Of a DNA stretch of 56,967 bases, positions 36,305 through 45,883 are shown piece by piece. The notes beneath the pieces are model-generated. The model was not told the DNA's origin. It did no database searches and was given only the letters and a program-made list of their open reading frames with translations. The stretch is taken from positions 1 to 56,967 of the IMG/VR virus record IMGVR_UViG_3300042524_000351; one strand, given 5' to 3'. Each line of letters opens with the position of its first letter. Within the stretch, counting starts at the first letter, position 1. The DNA is from a virus (Duplodnaviria; Caudoviricetes). Position numbers and translations under genes: made by a program.

Positions 36305-39300
36305 TTTTCGGCCCAGGTGGTGCAGATGTTTGCTTCGACTTCGACCGGCACCTCTGGGAAGAGGGCGGCCATGGCTTCGACCATCGCGGTCGTGATGATT
36401 TCCCGGCACTCGTTGGCGGATTCCTCGCGGCACTCGACGACGACTTCGTCATGCACGGTGGAGACGAGGCGGGCTGACTTCGGAAGGCGCTCGTGGATCA
36501 GAATGAGGGCGTGTTTCATGCCGTCGGCGGTGCCGCCCTGGACTGGAGTGTTCACGAGCGCGGTGAAGCGTTCCCACTCGCTGGCTTTTTCCGGGACGAG
36601 ACGGCGACGGCCGGTGCGGGTGCGAACTTCGGTGACGCCCGCCTCTGCTTGGTTGTGGCTGGTGCCGTGCCATTGGCGGAGACGTGAGTAGGTGCGGAAG
36701 AATGCCTGGCGGATGTCGGTCGCCTGATCCTCGTCGAGGGTGACGCCGTAGGAGCTGGCGGCGTATTTCACCAGACCTGGGGCCGACTGACCGTAGAGCA
36801 GGCCGAAGTTCACTGCCTTCGCCAACTGCCGGTCGGACTTCGTCACCTGATCCTCGGGTTTGCCAAGCACGGTGGCGGCGGTGAGTTTGTGGAGGTCCGC
36901 GCCCGACTTGTAGGCGTCGATCATCTTGGTTTCGCCCGCGATGGCTGCCGCCGCACGCAATTCGATCTGCGAGTAGTCGGCAACGATGAGGCGTTTGCCG
37001 TTCGGTGCGGTGAACGCTTCACGCATTTCACCCCGTCCGATGTTCTGGAGGTTCGGTTCCTTGGATGAGAAGCGACCGGTGGCGGTGCCGAGTGGTTCAA
37101 AGCGTCCGTGGATGCGTCCGTCTTTCTGGATGTGACCGACCAGCGATTCGGCTTGCTGGGCGCGTTTGCTCGCTTCGCGGTAGGCCAGCACCAGGGGAAC
37201 CAGGAGGCCGTCGTCAGCCGCTTTGAGAACTTCCTCGGCGGTGGATTCCAGTTTGAGACCCTTGGCGCGGAGGGCCGCGAGAATTTGGCTCGGGCTGGCC
37301 GGATTGATTCCTGGATTTTCCAGGGCAACTCGAAGATCGTCGGCAGCCTTTTGAGCAAGTCGGTCGGCTTCGGCGGCGATGGATTCCAGTTTGGATTTAT
37401 CGGTGTGGATGCCTGTCGCCTCCATGCTGACTACGCAGGGCAGGAGATTGCTTTCGAGCGCCCAAACGGTATCGAGTCCTGAAAATTCCAACTCGCTTTC
37501 CATGGTGCCGAGCAAGTCGTGGAGGTGAGCCACGTCGCGGGCCGCATAGGCGAGTTGGTCATCGGTGAGCAGCATCGACGCCCAATCGGAACGGCTGTGG
37601 TCGGCGGCTGGTTGGATACCGAGGTATCGCTCCAGGCATTTGTCGAGGTCGTTGCCGGGTTTGGTGCCGGCACTCAGGATGCGGGCTGCGGTGAGCGTGC
37701 AATGGACGCGCTTGGCGAACAGCCCGCACTTCACACGCAGCCAGAGCAGATCGAACTTTGCATTGTGGGCGATGATGCCGGTTTCCTCCAAGATTGGCCT
37801 GAGCGGTCCGAGATCGTATCCGACGGCGCGGAGGTCGATGGTCCAGATCGGGCCACCGTGGCGGCAGACGGTGAGCAGGCGGATCTCACCCTTCCACGGG
37901 TCGAGGCCATCGCCTTTGCGCTCGCCGTAGGTTTCGATGTCCAGAGCGATGCGGGATGCACAGGTCAGGTCGAGGGCGACGCGGTCGAGGTCGGTGCGGA
38001 TGGAGCAGAAAACCTGTTTGAGGGACGTAGGGACATTGGGGGAGTTTTTCCTATCCCCCTTATAGAGACCTTTTAATTCATCATGATTTTTATTTTTTTC
38101 ATCGTCATTTTTTTCTCCCATATAAGGCGTATGGAAATGTCCCTCAATGTCCCTACGTCCCTCAGTGGATGTGGCAGGTTTGGGCGTTGAGAGGCAAATG
38201 GGCAGTTCTCCATCACCTTCGCGGAAGAAACGGTAGATGCCGAAATTCTTGGATGTCTGCTTGAGACGGAAGGTGATGCCCCCGAGTTCACGCTTATCAA
38301 ACTTCGCGACGATCTTGCCGAAGCTGGTCAGTCCTCGCCGCGCGGCGAAATCAAGCCAGTCAAACAGCTCGTGGACCTCCTCGCTCTGCTGGATGAAAGC
38401 CTGAAATTCCTTCTTCAGCACCTCGCGGTCGCCGAAGTGGTCGAAAGCCAACACGAAGAAATCCCGCATCGCCTTGGTCGCTTGGTCACCGGACGATTGG
38501 CTGTCTTCATGTGGGCGGCACGGGTCCGGCAACCCGGCACAGTGGAGGATACCACCGACTGTCTGCCCCCATTCCGGGAACGAGGTGAATGGTGACGGAC
38601 CGGGCGGACATCCTTGCCGCACCCATTCATTGACCAGAGCGGCGACGGCCGAGAGCAATTCCGAACGGTGGCGACGAACCCAGCCTTTGATGTCGATGTG
38701 ACGATAGCGGTGGCCGTTGATGTCGTCTGGCGAGAAGCGCAGGCGGATGCGTCGGCAGCGGCGTTCGATGTCGGGTTCCCACGTCGCATTGTTGGCGGAG
38801 AATGAAAACTCGGTTTCGTTGGGGAGCGTCATGGTTTCACTCACACCGAGGCGGCGGTCCTCCCACACGCCCGAGTTGTCAGTGGCGGCTTCGAGCGAGG
38901 CATAGCGGACGTGCCCCTTCATGTTTGCCAGATGGAAGAAGCGACTGCCGGCCATGAGCGCGGAGGTGATGCGTTTGCGCATCTCGTCGTCGCATTCCTT
39001 GGAGAGCGGGGCGCAGACGATCGAACGCCCGGTGTAAGCAATGTGGGTGAGGTCGGCGCAGGTGTCCTTGCCGCAGCCTTCGCGGTTGCCGTCGTAGATC
39101 CAAAGCGGGGTGCGCATCCATCCCATCAGGCCCCGACAGAACGGGGTGATGAAGCGTGCCAGCGCGTGGATGCGCGATTGTTCGTCGTGCCACCAGAACC
39201 CGCCATGCTCGGGCAGGCCGAAGAGATCCTGGAGCAACCAGCGCAGTGCCTCGCTGTGGCCCATCGTCTTGAGCTGTGGGGCGTGCGGATTGAGCCAGGT

Positions 39301-40710
39301 GCCGAAGCGTTCGTCGTATCCTGGTTTCGGATAGACCAGCTTGCCATCGTCGGATAAGTGCGGCACCGGAACGTCGAGCACGCGGTGGATTCGCGGCAGG
39401 CACGAGCTGAAAAACCCGCTGACAAGTGTGATGCGGGCGTCCTGCTCGCTCATGCTTTTCGGGACGAAAACATGGTCGCCAGCATCGTCTTCCCTGGTGA
39501 CACCGGTTTCGACGGTGCGCTCGATGGCGGTGACCAGTTCCGCGGCCTTGATGGTCGAGAGCATGTGGCCGGGGATCGACCCCGCCTTGTCGGCGGCCGG
39601 AACGGTGGTGATTTCCACCACGTTGTTTGAGAAGCGGAACAGATCGAGAGCTGGGGCGAGGTATTGGCCGAGTTCCTTGCCGAACTCACCTTGGGCGCGA
39701 CCGAGTGCCGGGAGAATGATGCGTGGCCTGCCCGAGGCGTTGGTGTTGCCTGGGGACCAGACCCGGAGATTTGAACAACGGGCGGCGATGATCCCTGGTT
39801 TCTGAGCCTCCGCCCATTCGACCAGATCCCGGATGCCGTGTGATTCGCAATGCGAGTGCAGGCACTTGAACCCCGGCATGGTTTCCGGTTGGTTGAAAAT
39901 GATCGTGTCAGATCCGGGAGCGTCGGACACGCCTCCGGTGTGATCGGATTCCCACGGGCAGCGCACCGACCACTTGTTGTGATCCGGATCGAGGCAGGTG
40001 CCCAAACGGCCAAGGTCTTCCATCACCCCGGCGAGATCGAGTGTGCGGAGGTCTTCATTCCATCGCGCCCACCATGGTTTTTCCTTCGACGGGCGACCGC
40101 GTTTCTTGGCTTCCGGTGCCGAGAATCCAAACCAGCGGCAGAGGTTGTTCCAACTCACTTCCGGGATGTCGCCGGTGACTTCCCAGGAATATGTGTGGCC
40201 GCTTTTGTGGACCGATGGCGAGAGAACGAGATTGAGTCCGTCCAGATAGAGTTCGGCGGTGACGGCATCATTGATCTGGCAGGTGGGTGCCTTCTTCGAC
40301 TTCATCACTTCCTCGGGGATGTCGCGGCAGATGAATGCCAAGTGCGCTCCGCCGCCAGTGCGTTCACGGGGGACGGCGACAAGATCCGGTTGGGTGGCGA
40401 GCCATGCCATCACCGAGGCACCTGCATCCGGCTTACTGTCGAGATCAACATGGACGAATGGCGCACGCACCACGCAACCGATATTGTGGCTGGATCCGTT
40501 GGCGAAATACTTGGTTAGGAAATCTGGGCTGATCTCGGATGCCATGTGGTTGCGCCAGCCTTTGAGGATCGGTTTCTTGCCGCGCTCATGGTGGTCGCCA
40601 CGGTCGGGAGGCAGTAGGGGATGGATCGCCCAGCCGAGAGTGGTGGCGTAGAACTGCGCGGCGGCAAGTCGGTCGAGGGAGTTGATGTCGGGTGGAATTG
40701 AGGGCTTCAT
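36301..40710 (-). CDS. Fused primase-polymerase (AEP) / helicase-like / family A DNA polymerase with 3'-5' exonuclease
   Basis: GKKP, NIG, VDLD, TGGGAH (PrimPol); GNREGCGKD P-loop; LDIET, HNAKFD, YAARD (exonuclease); TGRFSS, ADYSQIELR, RQLAKAVNFGLLYG, VHDE (PolA). Confidence 0.9.
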   Translation of the reverse strand: MKPSIPPDINSLDRLAAAQFYATTLGWAIHPLLPPDRGDHHERGKKPILKGWRNHMASEISPDFLTKYFANGSSHNIGCVVRAPFVHVDLDSKPDAGASVMAWLATQPDLVAVPRERTGGGAHLAFICRDIPEEVMKSKKAPTCQINDAVTAELYLDGLNLVLSPSVHKSGHTYSWEVTGDIPEVSWNNLCRWFGFSAPEAKKRGRPSKEKPWWARWNEDLRTLDLAGVMEDLGRLGTCLDPDHNKWSVRCPWESDHTGGVSDAPGSDTIIFNQPETMPGFKCLHSHCESHGIRDLVEWAEAQKPGIIAARCSNLRVWSPGNTNASGRPRIILPALGRAQGEFGKELGQYLAPALDLFRFSNNVVEITTVPAADKAGSIPGHMLSTIKAAELVTAIERTVETGVTREDDAGDHVFVPKSMSEQDARITLVSGFFSSCLPRIHRVLDVPVPHLSDDGKLVYPKPGYDERFGTWLNPHAPQLKTMGHSEALRWLLQDLFGLPEHGGFWWHDEQSRIHALARFITPFCRGLMGWMRTPLWIYDGNREGCGKDTCADLTHIAYTGRSIVCAPLSKECDDEMRKRITSALMAGSRFFHLANMKGHVRYASLEAATDNSGVWEDRRLGVSETMTLPNETEFSFSANNATWEPDIERRCRRIRLRFSPDDINGHRYRHIDIKGWVRRHRSELLSAVAALVNEWVRQGCPPGPSPFTSFPEWGQTVGGILHCAGLPDPCRPHEDSQSSGDQATKAMRDFFVLAFDHFGDREVLKKEFQAFIQQSEEVHELFDWLDFAARRGLTSFGKIVAKFDKRELGGITFRLKQTSKNFGIYRFFREGDGELPICLSTPKPATSTEGRRDIEGHFHTPYMGEKNDDEKNKNHDELKGLYKGDRKNSPNVPTSLKQVFCSIRTDLDRVALDLTCASRIALDIETYGERKGDGLDPWKGEIRLLTVCRHGGPIWTIDLRAVGYDLGPLRPILEETGIIAHNAKFDLLWLRVKCGLFAKRVHCTLTAARILSAGTKPGNDLDKCLERYLGIQPAADHSRSDWASMLLTDDQLAYAARDVAHLHDLLGTMESELEFSGLDTVWALESNLLPCVVSMEATGIHTDKSKLESIAAEADRLAQKAADDLRVALENPGINPASPSQILAALRAKGLKLESTAEEVLKAADDGLLVPLVLAYREASKRAQQAESLVGHIQKDGRIHGRFEPLGTATGRFSSKEPNLQNIGRGEMREAFTAPNGKRLIVADYSQIELRAAAAIAGETKMIDAYKSGADLHKLTAATVLGKPEDQVTKSDRQLAKAVNFGLLYGQSAPGLVKYAASSYGVTLDEDQATDIRQAFFRTYSRLRQWHGTSHNQAEAGVTEVRTRTGRRRLVPEKASEWERFTALVNTPVQGGTADGMKHALILIHERLPKSARLVSTVHDEVVVECREESANECREIITTAMVEAMAALFPEVPVEVEANICTTWAEK
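38019..38164. repeat. 20-bp perfect inverted repeat flanking an AT-rich core, candidate replication origin
   Basis: TGAGGGACGTAGGGACATTG (38019-38038) and its reverse complement (38145-38164). Confidence 0.7.
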
Positions 40711-41960
40711 GGGTGTGAGTGGGGAAAGTGGAAATCGAGTGCTCGCTGGGAGACAAAGACGCCACGCGGCCAGTCCTTGAGGTGGAGTCCGGCGAGCGTG
40801 CGGACACGGGAAAGGGCGACGTATGCCTGGCCCGGTTCACGGGCGGCACGGATGTCGATGAAGGCGGAGTCGAGCGTGAGACCTTGCGCTTTGTGGATGG
40901 TTAGGGCGTTGGCCAGCCGTAGCGGCATTTGCTCGAACCAGGCGGAACCCGGATCGTTGGAGTCGTAGCGCCAGCGGTAGGGCGACACTTCCAGCTCGCG
41001 GCCTTCGGTGAAGACGACGGCGGAGGTGATGCCGATGGATACCACTTCACCGGTCTGACCATTGACGAAGCCGTCGTCGGGGCGATTGACGGTGAACATG
41101 ACCTTGGCACCCGGCTTGAGTCGCAGGACTTTTGGCGTGAGCAGGTTCTTTTCGAGGAAGTCGATTTGGTGCTGTGGTCCCCAAGTTTCCGCCTCGCGGA
41201 CGGATTCAGGGCCGGGAAGTTCGCCGAGACAGTAGTCGTTCCAGCGATCCACCATCGAGTTGTGTGTGAAGAGTCTAGTGATGTCCCTGGCAGGGAACGT
41301 GGTGATGCGTGGACGCAGCAGACGTTCGGTGTCGCCGTCGATCTCACCGCGTCGAAACTTGGCAAGAGCCGCCACGAAATCCGGTTCGTCCTGCCGCATG
41401 ATCCGTCGCAGTTCGACGGTCTGGAATTTCGCTGCCGACCATGCCGATGAATCAAAGGCCCAGTCATAGGATTGCGTCGGGTTGATTCTAACGGGTGGCA
41501 GTTGCAGAAAGTCACCGGTGCCGATCACCTGAATGCCACCGAAGGGGCGTTTGTCCTCACGGATTTTACGGCAATGAAAATCGAGATAGTCGAACGCACT
41601 GCCTGAGAGCATCGAGATTTCATCAATCACGAGCCGCTTGCAGCGACGCACCCTGTTGAAGGCAGCACGCACGCTCGGTTTCGGATCGCGGGCTAGTTGT
41701 TCAAAGAATCGCTCGAAACTCTGCCCTTTGGCGGGACCGAGAAGCATTCCGGCCCAACGGTGAACGGTCATGCCGCCGACGTTGAGGGCTGCCACTCCGG
41801 TTGATGCCACGACGTGCGTGTCCGGGTGACGTTTCAGGTAGTCCCGGACGTTGTGGCTTTTCCCGGACCCTGCTGGGCCAGTGAGAAACGTGTTCTCACC
41901 AGCCGTGGCAAGGTCGAGGAATCGGTCGGATGGACTCCGTGCAACCAGGCTTCCGCTCAT
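40707..41960 (-). CDS. PIF1/RecD-like SF1B helicase
   Basis: TGPAGSGKS, IDEISM, GDFLQLPPV, RQ, TIHKAQG, YVALSR. Confidence 0.92.
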   Translation of the reverse strand: MSGSLVARSPSDRFLDLATAGENTFLTGPAGSGKSHNVRDYLKRHPDTHVVASTGVAALNVGGMTVHRWAGMLLGPAKGQSFERFFEQLARDPKPSVRAAFNRVRRCKRLVIDEISMLSGSAFDYLDFHCRKIREDKRPFGGIQVIGTGDFLQLPPVRINPTQSYDWAFDSSAWSAAKFQTVELRRIMRQDEPDFVAALAKFRRGEIDGDTERLLRPRITTFPARDITRLFTHNSMVDRWNDYCLGELPGPESVREAETWGPQHQIDFLEKNLLTPKVLRLKPGAKVMFTVNRPDDGFVNGQTGEVVSIGITSAVVFTEGRELEVSPYRWRYDSNDPGSAWFEQMPLRLANALTIHKAQGLTLDSAFIDIRAAREPGQAYVALSRVRTLAGLHLKDWPRGVFVSQRALDFHFPHSHP

Positions 41961-42124
41961 GGCAGCCACGCGCCTCCGCCGCGAATCACCCAGCCTGCAA
42001 GTAGGCCGAGGAGGAATGACAGGACGATCATCGGCCAGCGGCGACGACGGCGGTTTTGACGCACGACAAATCCCTGGATAGGGAAGCGTCGATACGCAGA
42101 CTGCGGATAGATGGGAGTGGTCAT
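41957..42124 (-). CDS. Small membrane protein (55 aa)
   Basis: MTTPIYPQ...RRRRWPMIVLSFLLGLLAGWVI; stop overlaps helicase ATG; absent from the ORF track. Confidence 0.55.
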   Translation of the reverse strand: MTTPIYPQSAYRRFPIQGFVVRQNRRRRRWPMIVLSFLLGLLAGWVIRGGGAWLP

Positions 42125-42150
42125 GGTTGTGGATCTTAATTTTGATTTTG

Positions 42151-43017
42151 TTAGGCCGGGACCAACGCGGTCGGCGGTGTTTCATCGCCTGCATCCGGTG
42201 AGTCCTTCACCGGGCAGTAATTTTTCTGCCAGACCCACAAGTCGCGGGCGGCGAGGAAGGCGCGGAAGAATCCGGGTTTGTCGGCATCGTCCCAAACCTG
42301 CGTGACGACCGGCACCGGTTCGGTGGAACCGATGACAACCGAGGCGATGGCGGCGTCCAGCAATCCCTTGTCGCGGGAAGCGAGCGCCTGATGGTAGGCT
42401 TCAAGTTGCAGCGGCCAAGTATCGTGGAGGATCGGCTTGAACGATCCATTCTTGTCACGCCGGGTTTTTTGCGTTTTGAAGTCGATGACGGTCGGACGCC
42501 CGGTGGATTTGAGCGTCGCCACCAGATCCACCCGTCCGGCGTATCCCCATTCGAGGTGACCGGTGGCGATTTCAACCGAGTGTACCTGTGTGACCTCCGC
42601 ATCGAACCACTGGCGAGCCGGTTCAAAGAGGCGGGCAACCTCCTTGTCCTCGGGCAACCAGCGACCTTGCGCATAACCTTCGATGGCGGCGTGAACCGCG
42701 CTGCCAAGATCAGCAGCACGACCAACTTCGCTGTGCATGTCAGTGATGACACGCTTGGCGAAGTCGTCGAGGGATTCGCCTTCGGTGCGCGGCAGGGTGA
42801 GTGCCGCGAGGATGGCCTGTTCCTGTTTCCATGCGTCCAACCCCGGCTTGGCGAGGATGGACAGCACGTTGGTCACGGATGGGAACAGGCCGAGTTTTCT
42901 AGCGTCACGCAGACTGGTTGGGCGTGAGCCCTTCCCGTCGGCACGCGGCACCTCATGAAGGGGCGTGCCGTCCGGGAAATACCAGTGCGATGCGGACTCT
43001 CGTGGAACGATGAGCAT
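42151..43017 (-). CDS. PD-(D/E)XK exonuclease (RecB/Cas4-like)
   Basis: PSVTNVL, GSAVH, YAGRVD, IDFKT, QLEAY. Confidence 0.85.
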   Translation of the reverse strand: MLIVPRESASHWYFPDGTPLHEVPRADGKGSRPTSLRDARKLGLFPSVTNVLSILAKPGLDAWKQEQAILAALTLPRTEGESLDDFAKRVITDMHSEVGRAADLGSAVHAAIEGYAQGRWLPEDKEVARLFEPARQWFDAEVTQVHSVEIATGHLEWGYAGRVDLVATLKSTGRPTVIDFKTQKTRRDKNGSFKPILHDTWPLQLEAYHQALASRDKGLLDAAIASVVIGSTEPVPVVTQVWDDADKPGFFRAFLAARDLWVWQKNYCPVKDSPDAGDETPPTALVPA

Positions 43018-43036
43018 TGACGTTGCGGATCGGATG

Positions 43037-43750
43037 TTAGAACGGGATGTTGTCCTCTTCATCGTCCTGAGACGAGAGAGCCTGCTTGGCCTGCTGGATG
43101 GCAGCGATGAGTTCGCGGTCGGCCTTGAGCGGCTTTTCCATTTCAAGTGCGGTTGGCAGCCACTTGGTGAGCAGTGCCTCCACTGATTCGCGGTCGAGTT
43201 CGCCAAGGTCGATTCCGGTGTGGCGGCCAACGTGGACTTTCACGCGACGCCAATCGGACGAAGCCTCGCCGCTGTTGGATGCTGGACGGAACTTCTCGTC
43301 GTTGCTCTGGCGGTCCTTCTGGCGAACATACTTACCAGACGGCTTGAGCGGTTCGCCGGATTTGTCGGCGCGGATCAGGCCGATGTTTGCATAGACCGTG
43401 CCGTTGTAGTCGTTGTGAACTACGGACACACGGGCTGGACGACCAATGAGTGATTCGGTGTCGAACTCGTTCTGTTCGGCGGCTGTCAGATCGCGACCGA
43501 ACCACTGTTTTAAGAAAGCTCGGAGAGCGGCCTTCTCATGCAGACTCGGTGTGAAGCTGCGGGAGAATAGCAAGTATGGGCTGCCGTTCTGACGGATTTC
43601 AGTGGTCTCATAAACGAAGCGAAATGTCTCGCGCTCGCCATAGGCTGATTGGGTTTTCTTGAGTGGAGTCACGTCAACGCAGACAGCTTGGCCGTCATAC
43701 TCGGGGTGTGCCTCGAATGGTGAATTAGATCCAGATGCGGATAGTTTCAT
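43037..43750 (-). CDS. Putative single-stranded DNA-binding protein
   Basis: OB-like pattern and acidic C-terminus DDEEDNIPF; upstream of exonuclease. Confidence 0.65.
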   Translation of the reverse strand: MKLSASGSNSPFEAHPEYDGQAVCVDVTPLKKTQSAYGERETFRFVYETTEIRQNGSPYLLFSRSFTPSLHEKAALRAFLKQWFGRDLTAAEQNEFDTESLIGRPARVSVVHNDYNGTVYANIGLIRADKSGEPLKPSGKYVRQKDRQSNDEKFRPASNSGEASSDWRRVKVHVGRHTGIDLGELDRESVEALLTKWLPTALEMEKPLKADRELIAAIQQAKQALSSQDDEEDNIPF

Positions 43751-43843
43751 GGTATTTGATGTGGTTTGGTTTGTTGATGGAGGCCGCGTAAATGTTAGAC
43801 CATGTCCCGTGCGGCCTGCCTCAGACCGGAACACGGAAGATTG

Positions 43844-44488
43844 TTAGACCGATTTCGCAGGTTGTGGCTGATCGCAAAGAAGGGAGCAGCGCAGATCGAA
43901 GTCACTGGTGCGCTCACCAGGATCGTTCGGGAATGGGGTAGCCATTACCTCGGCAGCGCGAATGTCCGTCGTAACCATGCAGTTGCGCTGATCTGCTCCG
44001 GCTTTACGGATAGCGACCCACATGAGGTGGCGCTCGTGATATTCGCCCGTATGCCCGGTGAAGACGGAACTCCCATCCGGGTTGCAAATCATGCTGATGA
44101 CATGCGTACCAGCGGGGATGCGGTGGAGGAGCGACCATGTTAGCTTTCCATGGAATGGCAGGTGGATCTCGTGATTGGTAAACGAACGGCGCTCCAGTTC
44201 ATCGCGACTCACTTCTGAGTTGTCTTCGTCCCCGGTTTCGGCGATGTCGGTAAGCTGGCGGCCTCTCTCATCGGATGGGCTGTAATGATCCTTTTCCGAA
44301 AGCCATGCTCGCACCTTGGATGGATCGAAGCGCACCATTCCTCCGACTTGGAGGGCAGGAAGTCCCTGTTGACGTAGGGAGTAAACTTGGCGTTCGGAAC
44401 AACGCAGGAACTTTGCAACGTCTGGAGTTGACCAGAGGATTTCCTGCGATTCAGACGGATCATTTCGGTATTGGTTGGTAGGCTTCAT
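43844..44488 (-). CDS. HTH (excisionase/Cro-like) domain protein
   Basis: WSTPDVAKFLRCSERQVYSLRQQGLP..QVGGMVRFD; first gene of replication operon. Confidence 0.75.
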   Translation of the reverse strand: MKPTNQYRNDPSESQEILWSTPDVAKFLRCSERQVYSLRQQGLPALQVGGMVRFDPSKVRAWLSEKDHYSPSDERGRQLTDIAETGDEDNSEVSRDELERRSFTNHEIHLPFHGKLTWSLLHRIPAGTHVISMICNPDGSSVFTGHTGEYHERHLMWVAIRKAGADQRNCMVTTDIRAAEVMATPFPNDPGERTSDFDLRCSLLCDQPQPAKSV

Positions 44489-44515
44489 GAACTTTCAGGG
44501 GTTCATAAAGCTGGC

Positions 44516-44553
44516 CGGACAAATGATGTCCGATTCCGGACAAACCGTGTCGG
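44516..44553. promoter_or_regulatory. Tandem palindromic operator-like sites
   Basis: CGGACA-N5-TGTCCG (44516-44532) and CGGACA-N5-TGTCGG (44537-44553), 21 bp apart. Confidence 0.6.
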
Positions 44554-44557
44554 GTGT

Positions 44558-44586
44558 AAAAAAAAGAGCGACCTGACTGGTCGCTC
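44558..44586 (-). terminator. Intrinsic terminator
   Basis: GAGCGACC-AGTCA-GGTCGCTC followed by T8 on minus strand. Confidence 0.85.
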
Positions 44587-44617
44587 GGGGATTGAAGGCG
44601 CATTTGGACCGCCGTGA

Positions 44618-45883
44618 TCACGTCTGCCATGGGAGAGGCTCAGGAGGGTTGTATGCGAAGTTGGTTCCTCGCGTAATATAGCTGTCCAAGTGGCGAGCCA
44701 AGGCGTCGAGGTCACCACCCAGATTTGCGTCGATCCATCGGTCTATCGACCTTTTCAAGGTCTCTGCCTCCTTCGATTCATCATTGCCTTCTCTCTTGAC
44801 CTTCCCGCCATGAATGCCAGCCAGACCGAATTGGTTGCAAAATTCCTGCCACGCTTCTTCCGCATCTCGAAACTCACGGCTTTCTTCACCATATTGGTCC
44901 TTCGCTGCCATCATCTCGGCGTGTATTTCCTTTCCCTCGTGCTTTTGATCCTCGGTGAGATCGTTTGTGGTCCGGCCGCGTGTGCCCTTTGATCGGACGA
45001 GGGCACTGTTGGAACCGTCCGGTTGACCATTCCGCTTACGGTCGTTAGAGCGACCATTGAGTTCGTCCGTCATGAGAGAGGCGGTGTATTCTTTATCTGG
45101 ATTGCGCAGTAGCAGCCACAACCGCTCCATCGCAACGCTATGGGGAACAGCTCTTTGCTCTGCTGTATTGAAGCCGACTTCCCAGGAGTTGCCCCCCTTC
45201 ACCTTCCGGAAGTAGTATCCCGGCTTGCGGTCCAGCATGGCAGCGGGAAGCCTTACCAATTCAAGATTCAAACCCTCTTCAGTGGTAATCTGATAGAGAT
45301 ACTCCAAAAACAACCCTTGTCTTTCCAGTCGCAACAACTCGGTTGCGGCGATAGCCATCGTAAATGGAAGCAAAAGAAGGTGTTGATTGCCTGCTCCGTC
45401 AAGATCAAGTGTCCTGATCGCCGCTAACAACTTTTCAGTCGAGACCGGTCCATGGTAGTAGAGAAGACGAAGGAGCCTTCCGCTTATGGATGTCGTGCCG
45501 ACCGTCCAGACGGGCCCGTCCATGCTGACTTCACGCTCGGTTCCGCAAAGACGTGCAATCCACTTAATCATCCCCTGATGGCTGAACCGGAAACGCTCCA
45601 CTTCCGCTGCCTCAATCTTGATCCAATCGCGAGCCGGGTCCGACAAGTCCACCAAATGCAGGCCGCCCTTGGTTTTTCGGACCGCGACGCGGCCAAATGA
45701 TGGGTGGTCTATTTCCTCAGCCACTCCGGTCTTCACCAGAACCTTGTTGGAACGGAGAAGATCGAAGCCGGCCGAGGAAATGGCATTCAATTCGGCAACG
45801 GCGAAGCATGGGCTGGACGTTTGACTGGCGCGATCAACCAAGGACCGCATCAAACTCCGGAAGGAGGAGGACATTGGCGTCAT
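44618..45883 (-). CDS. Hypothetical protein, possible transcriptional regulator
   Basis: C-terminal LWLLLRNP...LARHLDSYITRG..FAYNP resembles winged-helix regulator tails; start uncertain. Confidence 0.55.
   Translation of the reverse strand: MTPMSSSFRSLMRSLVDRASQTSSPCFAVAELNAISSAGFDLLRSNKVLVKTGVAEEIDHPSFGRVAVRKTKGGLHLVDLSDPARDWIKIEAAEVERFRFSHQGMIKWIARLCGTEREVSMDGPVWTVGTTSISGRLLRLLYYHGPVSTEKLLAAIRTLDLDGAGNQHLLLLPFTMAIAATELLRLERQGLFLEYLYQITTEEGLNLELVRLPAAMLDRKPGYYFRKVKGGNSWEVGFNTAEQRAVPHSVAMERLWLLLRNPDKEYTASLMTDELNGRSNDRKRNGQPDGSNSALVRSKGTRGRTTNDLTEDQKHEGKEIHAEMMAAKDQYGEESREFRDAEEAWQEFCNQFGLAGIHGGKVKREGNDESKEAETLKRSIDRWIDANLGGDLDALARHLDSYITRGTNFAYNPPEPLPWQT

Noticed and set aside
38019-38164. 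Intein or intron in the polymerase
   Set aside because: Too short, no C/S...HN splice motifs, and the reading frame is continuous
42151-43017. Cas4 as part of a CRISPR system
   Set aside because: Lies in the replication operon, lacks a clear four-Cys cluster, and no array is present
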